This document shows, piece after piece, positions 1 to 7,118 of a stretch of 16,012 nt of DNA; positions within the stretch are counted from its first letter, which is position 1; the number at the start of each line of letters is the position of its first letter. The notes below the pieces were generated by a model. That model had not been told where the DNA came from. It saw only the letters and a program-made list of their open reading frames with translations, and did not search any database. The stretch covers positions 1 to 16,012 of the forward strand of contig CAWBHS010000083.1 in NCBI GenBank assembly GCA_963788655.1, read 5' to 3'. Both the position numbers and the translations under genes were made by a program. Source of the stretch: an uncultured Verrucomicrobiae bacterium. Its GTDB lineage: Bacteria; Verrucomicrobiota; Verrucomicrobiia; Limisphaerales; JAFGQR01.

Positions 1-1106
1 TTCCGGCTCCAGACGGGGGGCAGGCCGATGTGTATCTCGACAACCGATTTCAGGATACGGTTGATTTGTATTTCTGGGACACTCCTCTCGTTTTCCAATT
101 TGCGTTCATAAAGACCGGCCTCGACCCAACCGCTACGCATACGATCAAGGTGATCGTGCGGGGCGACAAGAACGCCAGGTCAAGCGGGGCGTACATCAGA
201 CACATGGCATTTGAGTACTCGGTTGAGAGCTATCAAGCATCGGCTGGCTTCAGTAGTGTGGCCGGAAAGAACAACTGGCACTATCAAAGTGGGAACGGAT
301 CTACCTACCGCGATCTGGTCTTCAATGCGCTCTCCAACCATTGGTCAAACGGGGGCGGGTGTATCGTGGGCAATGACTATCAGGTTCCGGGCGGAACCGT
401 CGAGGCGGTAAGAACCTGGGTTGCACCTCACGATGGACTTGTTCGCCTCGAAGGGGTCGCCCACGTCAAGTTTACCGAGGTCGCCTGGGACCCGGTGATT
501 ACCTATGTGAGCCGGCTGAGGACGAACCGCATACCGGCAGACTCCGGCAATCGCGTTATCGCCAGCGTCAATCAAAATGGGTCGAAATTGTTTTCGGTGA
601 AGCTGGGGAGGATGGGGCTTCCGGCCGCCCATGATCTTTCCGTCCGGGTGAGTCGCGGCGACCGCATCTGTTTCACCACGGCTTGTGGTCCCGGGGCAGC
701 GGGACTTGGTACCGGTTTGATCAATGACGATAGTGCGTTGCTGACTTATTCGGGCTTGTGGACGTATGATAAGAAAACGCCAGGATACTTTAAAGAGGAC
801 CAGCACTTCAGTAGTTCAGCCGGAGATTATGCCGAATTCAAATTTATCGGCACCGGCATCCAGTGGATCGGTCCTCGGAACATTGATTGCGGCGTTGGGA
901 ATGTTTACCTGGATGGGGTCCAGGTTGAATCGGTGAATCTCTATGCACCCTCCTGGGAAAAGCAACAGGTGCTCTATGAAAACCGTTCGCTGCCCAATGC
1001 ATCGCATACCATCAAGATCGTTGTTGCTCCGCAGAACAATCCCCCCGGTGCCGGAGGCTGGGTGCCCATTGATGCTTTTGTCTATGATCCTCGCTCCCTA
1101 CAGTGA
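1..1106 (+). CDS. 3' part of a multidomain carbohydrate-active or carbohydrate-binding protein (two CBM-like beta-sandwich repeats flanking a third accessory domain); 5' end lies outside the window
   Basis: Frame is open from position 3 (PAPDGGQADVYLDN...), so GTG at 30 is probably internal. Two similar modules: 'VYLDN...VDLY...GL...HTIKVIV.G.KN..SSG.YI...AF' and 'VYLDG...VNLY...SL...HTIKIVV...N...GG..PIDAF', typical of accessory domains of glycoside hydrolases. TGA at 1104-1106. Confidence 0.7.
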   Translation, partial: PAPDGGQADVYLDNRFQDTVDLYFWDTPLVFQFAFIKTGLDPTATHTIKVIVRGDKNARSSGAYIRHMAFEYSVESYQASAGFSSVAGKNNWHYQSGNGSTYRDLVFNALSNHWSNGGGCIVGNDYQVPGGTVEAVRTWVAPHDGLVRLEGVAHVKFTEVAWDPVITYVSRLRTNRIPADSGNRVIASVNQNGSKLFSVKLGRMGLPAAHDLSVRVSRGDRICFTTACGPGAAGLGTGLINDDSALLTYSGLWTYDKKTPGYFKEDQHFSSSAGDYAEFKFIGTGIQWIGPRNIDCGVGNVYLDGVQVESVNLYAPSWEKQQVLYENRSLPNASHTIKIVVAPQNNPPGAGGWVPIDAFVYDPRSLQ

Positions 1107-1134
1107 CTCAGCCGGTGCAACCGCGGTGAAGAAG

Positions 1135-1200
1135 CTGCCCTCTGACGCGTGGGCCAGCTTGCCGGAAGCCGCGAAAATGACCGCGCTGGATCTGTCATAA
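1135..1200 (+). pseudogene. Orphan 3'-end remnant of an Ldh_2-family oxidoreductase gene
   Basis: Translates LPSDAWASLPEAAKMTALDLS*. Aligns without gaps to LPPDVVASLEEAATMVGLEI at 8936-8995: 11/20 aa and 39/60 nt identical, counted by hand. Confidence 0.55.
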
Positions 1201-1342
1201 TTCACCGGTTAAACCGATGCGATCAATGCGGTCAACGAACGCTACAACGCTTCGATTGGACCTTTGCTCGGCATTGGATTGCCGGCCGTCACCTATTCGA
1301 TCACCGTAACCACCGCCCCGAGAACACCGTGATTGGACGCGG

Positions 1343-1384
1343 TTCCCAAAGGCGGACTTGTTCTGTAAGCTGTAACCGTTAACT
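1343..1384 (+). promoter_or_regulatory. Candidate sigma70-type promoter with an overlapping LacI-family-like operator
   Basis: TTCCCA (1343-1348), 17 nt, TAAGCT (1366-1371). Then TGTAACCGTTAACT (1371-1384), which matches 8 of 10 fixed positions of the LacI-family pattern TGnAAnCGnTTnCA and ends 9 nt before the FAH start. Confidence 0.35.
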
Positions 1385-1393
1385 CAAAAAACT

Positions 1394-2200
1394 ATGCGAA
1401 TCATTCGATACCAGGATCCTCAAGGTGCCGTGCGCTACGCGGCCCAACCGCCCGATGGCCCGGCACGGCAAATTGCCGGTGACCTCTTCGGCGCCCACGA
1501 AGTGACCAAAGAACCTGCTCAAGTAGAAAAGCTGCTCGCGCCGGTTGCGCCCGTAACGATCTTCTGCATTGGGCTGAACTATCGGCGCCATGCGGAGGAA
1601 GCGGAAGCGACCCTGCCGCAGTTTCCGGTGCTGTTTATGAAGTCGCCGGCCGCCGTGCAGAATCCGGAAGACCCGATTGTGTTGCCCCGCCATCTGCGCA
1701 GCGACGAAGTGGATTACGAATGCGAACTCGCCGTCGTCATTGGCAAGCGGTGCAAGAACGTGCCCAAGGAGCAGGCGCTCGATTATGTGCTCGGCTACAC
1801 CTGCGCCAACGACGTGAGCGCGCGCGACTGGCAAGGCAAATGGGGCGGCGGCCAGTGGTGCCGGGGCAAGACGTTCGACACGTTTGCGCCGCTGGGACCT
1901 TGTCTCGTGCTCAAGGATGAAGTTCCAGATCCCGCTGCGCTGAAAATCAAGACCGTGCTCAACGGACAAACGATGCAGGACTGGCGCTGTGATGACATGA
2001 TCTTTGACGTGCCCACCCTGATCGCATTCTTGAGCGGCAGCACGACGCTGCTGCCGGGGACGGTCATCCTTACCGGGACGCCCCAAGGTGTGGGCTTTGC
2101 GCGGAAGCCACCCGTGTTTCTCCAGCCCGGCGATACTGTTACGGTTGAGATTGATCGGATCGGCACGCTGACAAACCCGGTCGTGGCCGAAGCGGATTGA
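1394..2200 (+). CDS. Fumarylacetoacetate hydrolase (FAH) family protein
   Basis: Motifs CIGLNYRRH, PVLFMK, VDYECEL, GYTCANDVSARD, GKTFDTF.PLGP, ILTGTPQGVG; 268 aa, intact. Confidence 0.95.
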   Translation: MRIIRYQDPQGAVRYAAQPPDGPARQIAGDLFGAHEVTKEPAQVEKLLAPVAPVTIFCIGLNYRRHAEEAEATLPQFPVLFMKSPAAVQNPEDPIVLPRHLRSDEVDYECELAVVIGKRCKNVPKEQALDYVLGYTCANDVSARDWQGKWGGGQWCRGKTFDTFAPLGPCLVLKDEVPDPAALKIKTVLNGQTMQDWRCDDMIFDVPTLIAFLSGSTTLLPGTVILTGTPQGVGFARKPPVFLQPGDTVTVEIDRIGTLTNPVVAEAD

Positions 2201-2237
2201 GCAACGTCTTCAGAAAAGAAAGGTAACGAAATCTACC

Positions 2238-2594
2238 ATGAATACCTCGGTTGAAAATCCCCTCGCTCAATGGAAAGCCGGCTTTCAAAAGCTCCGCAGT
2301 GACGCGCCGGAAGTGGCGCGTGCCTTCGGCGGACTGCACGTCGCGTTGATGAAACCGGGCAACTTGTCCGCCCGTGAAAAGGAGTTGATTGCTCTGGCCG
2401 TCGGGATGGCGCAGGGCTGCACGGACTGCATCTGGCTTCATGCGGAAGGCAGCCTCAAGGCCGGCGCGACCCGCGAACAGGTTCTTGAAGCCGCGGGCGT
2501 CGCCGTGCTGATGGGAGGCGGGCCGGCCTTCGTCCATATACCCGATGTGCTAAAGGCGTTGGACCACTTGCAGGCCGCACCGCCCTCCACGTGA
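2238..2594 (+). CDS. Carboxymuconolactone decarboxylase / AhpD-like family protein
   Basis: L.AREKELIALAV, CxxCxxxH (CTDCIWLH), GAT.EQV.EA, MGGGP. AAAGG Shine-Dalgarno-like sequence upstream. Confidence 0.9.
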   Translation: MNTSVENPLAQWKAGFQKLRSDAPEVARAFGGLHVALMKPGNLSAREKELIALAVGMAQGCTDCIWLHAEGSLKAGATREQVLEAAGVAVLMGGGPAFVHIPDVLKALDHLQAAPPST

Positions 2595-2610
2595 GTCCCG
2601 GCCTCATGAG

Positions 2611-3994
2611 ATGAGATTCATCGGCCTCGACCTCGGTTCTTTGTTCGTCAAAGGGGCGGTGCTGGACCTCGATGCGCTAAGCATCCAGCCCGTCGAGCGT
2701 TTGCCTTTCCCCGACCCCATTCGCGGACTGAACTCGGCGTTTCGCGAGTTTGATCCGGCGCAGATTGTCACCATCACGCGCGCTCTGATAGATCGTCTGC
2801 GCCAACATGCTCCGGATGCCGAGGGCCTGGTAATGTGCAGTCAATTGCACGGCATGGTGCTCACCGACGATCAAGGCCTCGCCGTTTCCAACGCGATCAA
2901 TTGGCAGGACCAACGCGCCCTGCCAGCCGTTCCCCAGCGGCCCCGGCATTTACTTTGATGAGATCAACCGGCGTCTTACAATGGAGGACCGACGCCAACT
3001 GGGCAACGAAGCCCGGTCGGGCGTTCCGCTCTGTTACCTTTTCTGGCTCGCCCAGAACGGGCGGCTGCCTGCCCAGCCTTCGATCGTAGCCTCGCTGTCC
3101 AACTATGTCGTGGCGAACCTCTGTAGTGGCGCTCCGAAATCCGATGTGACCAACGCCTTTGCTCATGGCGTGCTCAATGTCGAAACCCTGAACTGGCATC
3201 GGCCCGTCACCGAGAGGCTCGGGCTTGACGCCGTGCGCTGGCCCGAGATTGTTCCGCAAGGAACCGTGCTGGGCGAATACCAGGTTGGTTCCCGCAAGCT
3301 GCCCGTCTTTGCGCCGGTCGGCGACTACCACTGCTCGCAAATCGGGGCGTTCCTTGAAGAAGGCGAATTGTCCGTGAACATCTCCACCGGCTCGGCAGTG
3401 ATCCAACTGGCACTCGGATGCGAGTTTGGCGACTTCCAGACCCGACCGTGGTTCGATGGCCGGTTTCTCAAGACGATCACGCATATTCCCGGCGGACGCG
3501 CGCTGCACGCACTGGTCCGCGTGCTCAGCGAACTGGCCGAAGCCCAAGGCGTGAAACTGCGCGATCCGTGGGACACCATCCTCACCGAAGCCGCCAGAAT
3601 TGATTCGACCGACCTGCGGGTCGATCCCGCCTTCTACTTCAGCGCGATGGGCGACTGCGGCAGCGTCACGAATATCCGGGAAGAGAATCTCACCGTTGGC
3701 CATCTCTTCCGTGGAGCGTTCGCGGGCATGGCCGACAACTACGCGAAATGCGCTGCCCGCCTCTCACCGGCAAAGAATTGGACCCGGTTGGTTTTTTCCG
3801 GCGGCGTAGCCCTCAAGATCACGCTGTTACGGCGCCTGATCTGCGACCGGCTTGGAGAGGCGCACCGCCTCGCGGCGTCGGAAGAAGACACCCTGTTGGG
3901 ACTGCTCACGCTTTCCCTCGCCTTCAGTGGTCGGCAGCCGTCCGTTGCCGACGCCATTGCTTTCGCCCGCAAACACTATCAATCTCCTGCTTGA
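2611..3994 (+). CDS. FGGY-family sugar kinase, sedoheptulokinase-like; one apparent +1 indel near 2923 (about 460 aa if corrected)
   Basis: ORF 2611-2958 carries GLDLGS..VK, SQLHG and WQDQR. ORF 2981-3994 carries PVGD, SVNISTGS, HIPGGRAL and VFSGG. Removing one C of CC at 2923-2924 joins them as ...RALQPFPSGPGIYFDEINRRLTMEDRR... Confidence 0.85.
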
Positions 3995-3997
3995 ACT

Positions 3998-4669
3998 ATG
4001 GCTCGTTTCTCACGTCTTGAAGTCCTGAACCGGATCGTCGAAGTCGGCCTCGTGCCGGTCTTTTATCACGGCGACCTCGAAGTGGCGTCACAAGTCCTCG
4101 CTGCCTGTGCGGCGGGCGGCTTGACCGTCTTTGAATTTACGAATCGCGGCGATCACGCCATCGACGTGTTTCGGGAACTGGCGCGCAGCGCCCGGCAACA
4201 GACGCCCGACCTGATGCTCGGCGCCGGTTCCATCGTGGACGAAGCCACGGCGGCGTTGTATGTGGCACATGGCGCCAACTTCATCGTCGGCCCGTCGTTC
4301 AACGAACGCGTCACCCGTTTCTGCAACCGCCGCAAGGTGGCATACTTGCCAGGCTGCGCGACCGCCACCGAGATCGCCACCGCCGAGGAAGCCGGGGTGG
4401 AGATCGTGAAGCTCTTCCCGTGCGAACTGGTGGGCGGACCGGCATTTGTCAAAGCCCTGCTCGGCCCTTGCCCATGGACGCGCATCATGGCGACGGGCAT
4501 CGGTGAGGTGTCGAAGCCGGCGCTGGCCGAATGGTTCCAGGCCGGCATCGTGGCCGCCGGCATCGGCCGCGAACTACTCAAGAAGGAGTTTCTCGACCAA
4601 CGCGATTATGCCGCCATCACGCGCCGTGCTACGGAAATCCGCCAGTGGATTGAAGAAGCGCGGCAGTGA
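3998..4669 (+). CDS. eda: KDPG/KHG aldolase family (2-dehydro-3-deoxy-phosphogluconate / 4-hydroxy-2-oxoglutarate aldolase-like), divergent
   Basis: EFTNRG (catalytic Glu/Arg), GAGSI, GANFIVGP, PGC.T.TEI, VKLFP (Schiff-base Lys). Starts 3 nt after the kinase stop. Confidence 0.88.
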   Translation: MARFSRLEVLNRIVEVGLVPVFYHGDLEVASQVLAACAAGGLTVFEFTNRGDHAIDVFRELARSARQQTPDLMLGAGSIVDEATAALYVAHGANFIVGPSFNERVTRFCNRRKVAYLPGCATATEIATAEEAGVEIVKLFPCELVGGPAFVKALLGPCPWTRIMATGIGEVSKPALAEWFQAGIVAAGIGRELLKKEFLDQRDYAAITRRATEIRQWIEEARQ

Positions 4670-4762
4670 TCGTGGTCCGCAAAGCAGGGAGTGGACGTGG
4701 TTGGATGAGCTTGGGAACCGAACGCTGATTCGTGGGTCGTTCGAGGGATTACGGTTGCCTCT

Positions 4763-5062
4763 TCAGAGATCCAAGGCGAATCGGATCGCAGCCTTCACTT
4801 GCTCCTGCCCCAGTTTGCGTTCAAACCGAGCCCTGGGCAGGGAAGCAATACCTTGAACGTTCACGGTGGATTCCGTGTCCAGAAAAGGCAGTTTGCCCAA
4901 ATTGACTTCGTAACGACTACCCCGGATTTGCGTCGTCAACGGAACGTAGATAAACAGAACACGCGGTGGATCAGGATCTGCCCGGGAGACGACTACAACA
5001 GGGCGAACTTTGGCTGCTAATCCCAAGTCTGCCAGCCAGATTTCACCCGGTTTAGGATTCAT
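4763..5062 (-). CDS. mazF: Type II toxin, PemK/MazF family
   Basis: PGEIWLADLG, K.RPVVVVS, VPLTT and RKLG motifs; 99 aa. Confidence 0.85.
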   Translation of the reverse strand: MNPKPGEIWLADLGLAAKVRPVVVVSRADPDPPRVLFIYVPLTTQIRGSRYEVNLGKLPFLDTESTVNVQGIASLPRARFERKLGQEQVKAAIRFALDL

Positions 5063-5228
5063 CGAGCAGGTCCAGCACTTCTTGTTCGCGTTCCCGCGAG
5101 CGCATCAGATCCAATGCATCAGCGTCCCCCCAATCAATGATTTCGCCCACCAAGCGTTCGACCACGGCTACCTTGGCGGCATCCCACTGCCGCAAGCGCT
5201 GGTCAAGTTTTTCCGCTACTTCGGTCAT
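5052..5228 (-). CDS. Putative antitoxin, 58 aa (absent from the ORF track)
   Basis: ATG at 5228 to TAA at 5052: MTEVAEKLDQRLRQWDAAKVAVVERLVGEIIDWGDADALDLMRSREREQEVLDLLDES. Acidic, directly upstream of the toxin and overlapping it by 11 nt. Confidence 0.75.
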   Translation of the reverse strand: MTEVAEKLDQRLRQWDAAKVAVVERLVGEIIDWGDADALDLMRSREREQEVLDLLDES

Positions 5229-5234
5229 GCCAAT

Positions 5235-5263
5235 ATCCTAGACCATTTTGTAAGGCAAGCCAA
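5235..5263 (-). promoter_or_regulatory. Sigma70-type promoter for a probably leaderless TA transcript
   Basis: Minus strand reads TTGGCT, 17 nt, TAGGAT, 6 nt, ATG. No Shine-Dalgarno sequence. Confidence 0.55.
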
Positions 5264-5354
5264 GCAGCAACGGATGGCTGGGGATTTAATTGAGAACTGA
5301 TTCTTCGCCGGATCCTGCCGGTTTATGCCGTCCTGCGTGTTGTTATCAGCACAG

Positions 5355-5613
5355 CTACGGCGCGACAGGAGTAGTCGGTGGACGAACACCGATCCGATAG
5401 AAATGCTCGGGTACGACATTGGTATCCAGCAACACCTCCAGGCCGCCACTGCCGGGCTGATCTGATTGTCCGAGAACTTCCCGCCAGTCCGTTGCCGACA
5501 GGTTGGTGCAACTGAGCAGGGAATAGACGCGGTTCGAGGAGCTTTGGAAGCGGACGCCGACCGGCGGGCCATTCGAGATGGACTCGACGCGGAAATACGA
5601 ATGCTCGTTGCCG
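5355..5613 (-). pseudogene. Orphan C-terminal domain of a secreted or surface protein (FYR-ending beta domain)
   Basis: SYFRVESISNGPPVGVRFQSSSNRVYSLL...DW...G..DQPGSGG...FYRIGVRPP is colinear with the C-terminus of the 11168-11872 product. No credible start or signal peptide. Confidence 0.7.
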
Positions 5614-5850
5614 TCAGACGATGTGGGCAAGTCGGCTCAGCAGCGCTCGTGGTGTGAGGATTTCAATCCCGAAAGGTTTTTGAAGTGTCAGCAAATCATG
5701 ATCGCTTGAAACCACGGCGGCTGCCTCCGCCGCCAAGGCCCACGCCAAATACGGATCATCGTTGAAATCCCGGCTCCGTTGCTTGCCCAAGGTTACCGGC
5801 TCGACCAGCCGAACCGTGTCGTAATACCAGTTCAGAATGGTCCCCGGTGG
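5614..5850 (-). pseudogene. 5'-truncated PIN-family toxin (C-terminal half)
   Basis: SRDFNDDPYLAWALAAEAAAVVSSDHDLLTL.KPFGIEILTP matches the RD..D...L..A....A..+VS.D.DLL C-terminal PIN motif. I found no N-terminal 'VVLDTNV' segment or antitoxin upstream. The 5' boundary is approximate. Confidence 0.7.
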
Positions 5851-6134
5851 AGCTTCTACGCTGCAACGGCTTACGACTTCCAAAATGGCCAACGAGGCTG
5901 AACTGTGTGAGAAGACATTACTTCGTTACCACCAAGTCATTATTCCACAACCTCAATTATGCAGCTTCCTCTGCAACGTATGGCCCCAGTGATCCCATGC
6001 CTTTTCGCTCGCCTGGGTGTCAACTTGTGTCCGGCGGAATCGGGCGGGGAAAACAGTCAAAATTGGTCAAAAAACGATAGGCACATCAACACGCACTTCT
6101 TATGCTGGCCCCACAACTTGACTGCGCCCAGTCT

Positions 6135-7112
6135 ATGAACGATACGAAGCCCACCATCGTGGTCACCGACTACGCCTTCCCCGATCTGACCACGGAAGAG
6201 CAGATCCTGGCTCCCGCCGGCTGCGACGTCGTTGGACGTCAATGCAAGACCGAGGCCGATTTGATCCGCCTCTGCAAGGACGCGGATGCGGTCCTCACCC
6301 AGTTTGCCCGGATCAACGCCAACGTAATCGGCACGATGTCCAAAGCCCGGGTCATTGTTCGCTACGGCATTGGCGTGGACAACGTGGACCTTGACGCCGC
6401 GCTGGCTCGCGAAATCCCTGTGTGCAACATCCCGGATTATTGCATCGACGAGGTCGCCGACCACACGCTGGCGTTCATCCTGGCGACCACCCGACAGGTC
6501 GTGCCGCACACCGTTCACTTGCGTTCCGGCCAGTGGGGGTTGGCGGTGCCGTTGACCGCGATGAAAACCCTCCGCGATTTGACCGTCGGCGTGGTGGGCT
6601 TTGGTCGGTTTGGCCGCGAGGTCGTGAAGCGGCTCGTTGCGTTCAAGTGTGCCGTGCTGGTATTCGACCCGGTGGTGCCCGCTGCGGAAATCGAGAGGCT
6701 GGGCGCGCGGGCGGCGGCATTCGATGACTTGCTGAAAGCGGCTGACATCCTCACGCTGCACTGTCCTTCCACCCCGCAAACCCGGAAGCTGATGAACTGC
6801 GACACCTTCGCCAAGCTCAAGCCCGGCGCGATCTTCATCAACATCGGTCGCGGCGACTTGATGGACACTCCAGCCCTGACGACCGCACTGGAGAGCGGTC
6901 ATCTCAGCGCGGCGGCACTGGACGTCTTCGATCCGGAGCCCATTCCCGCAGACCATCCGGTATTAAAAATGCCAAATGTCATCCTCGCCCCGCACATTGC
7001 CTCGGCCAGTCCGGCTGCGGTCAAGAAACTGCGCGAAACGGCCGCCGCCCTGGCCTTGAAAGCTGTTCGCGGCGAACCGCTGCCCAACATTGTCAACGGC
7101 ATGAAAGCCTAG
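6135..7112 (+). CDS. D-isomer-specific 2-hydroxyacid dehydrogenase (CtBP/SerA-like), copy 1
   Basis: RYGIGVDNVD, EVADH, GVVGFGRFG, VFDP, NIGRG, ALDVFDPEP, PHIA (Arg/Glu/His triad intact). ATG 6135 preferred over 6102 because the family-like sequence starts just after it. Confidence 0.92.
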   Translation: MNDTKPTIVVTDYAFPDLTTEEQILAPAGCDVVGRQCKTEADLIRLCKDADAVLTQFARINANVIGTMSKARVIVRYGIGVDNVDLDAALAREIPVCNIPDYCIDEVADHTLAFILATTRQVVPHTVHLRSGQWGLAVPLTAMKTLRDLTVGVVGFGRFGREVVKRLVAFKCAVLVFDPVVPAAEIERLGARAAAFDDLLKAADILTLHCPSTPQTRKLMNCDTFAKLKPGAIFINIGRGDLMDTPALTTALESGHLSAAALDVFDPEPIPADHPVLKMPNVILAPHIASASPAAVKKLRETAAALALKAVRGEPLPNIVNGMKA

Positions 7113-7118
7113 CCGACC

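Noticed and set aside
1379..2086. 235-aa minus-strand ORF (likewise 2897-3703, 6057-6956, 7716-8204)
   Set aside because: Antisense shadows of well-supported plus-strand genes in GC-rich DNA; no recognisable motifs.
2915..2960. Programmed ribosomal frameshift in the FGGY kinase (also considered for the STK breaks)
   Set aside because: No slippery heptamer or evident stimulatory structure; a simple indel explains it.
5010..5300. 96-aa plus-strand ORF
   Set aside because: Antisense to the antitoxin-toxin pair, which has better overlap and promoter support.
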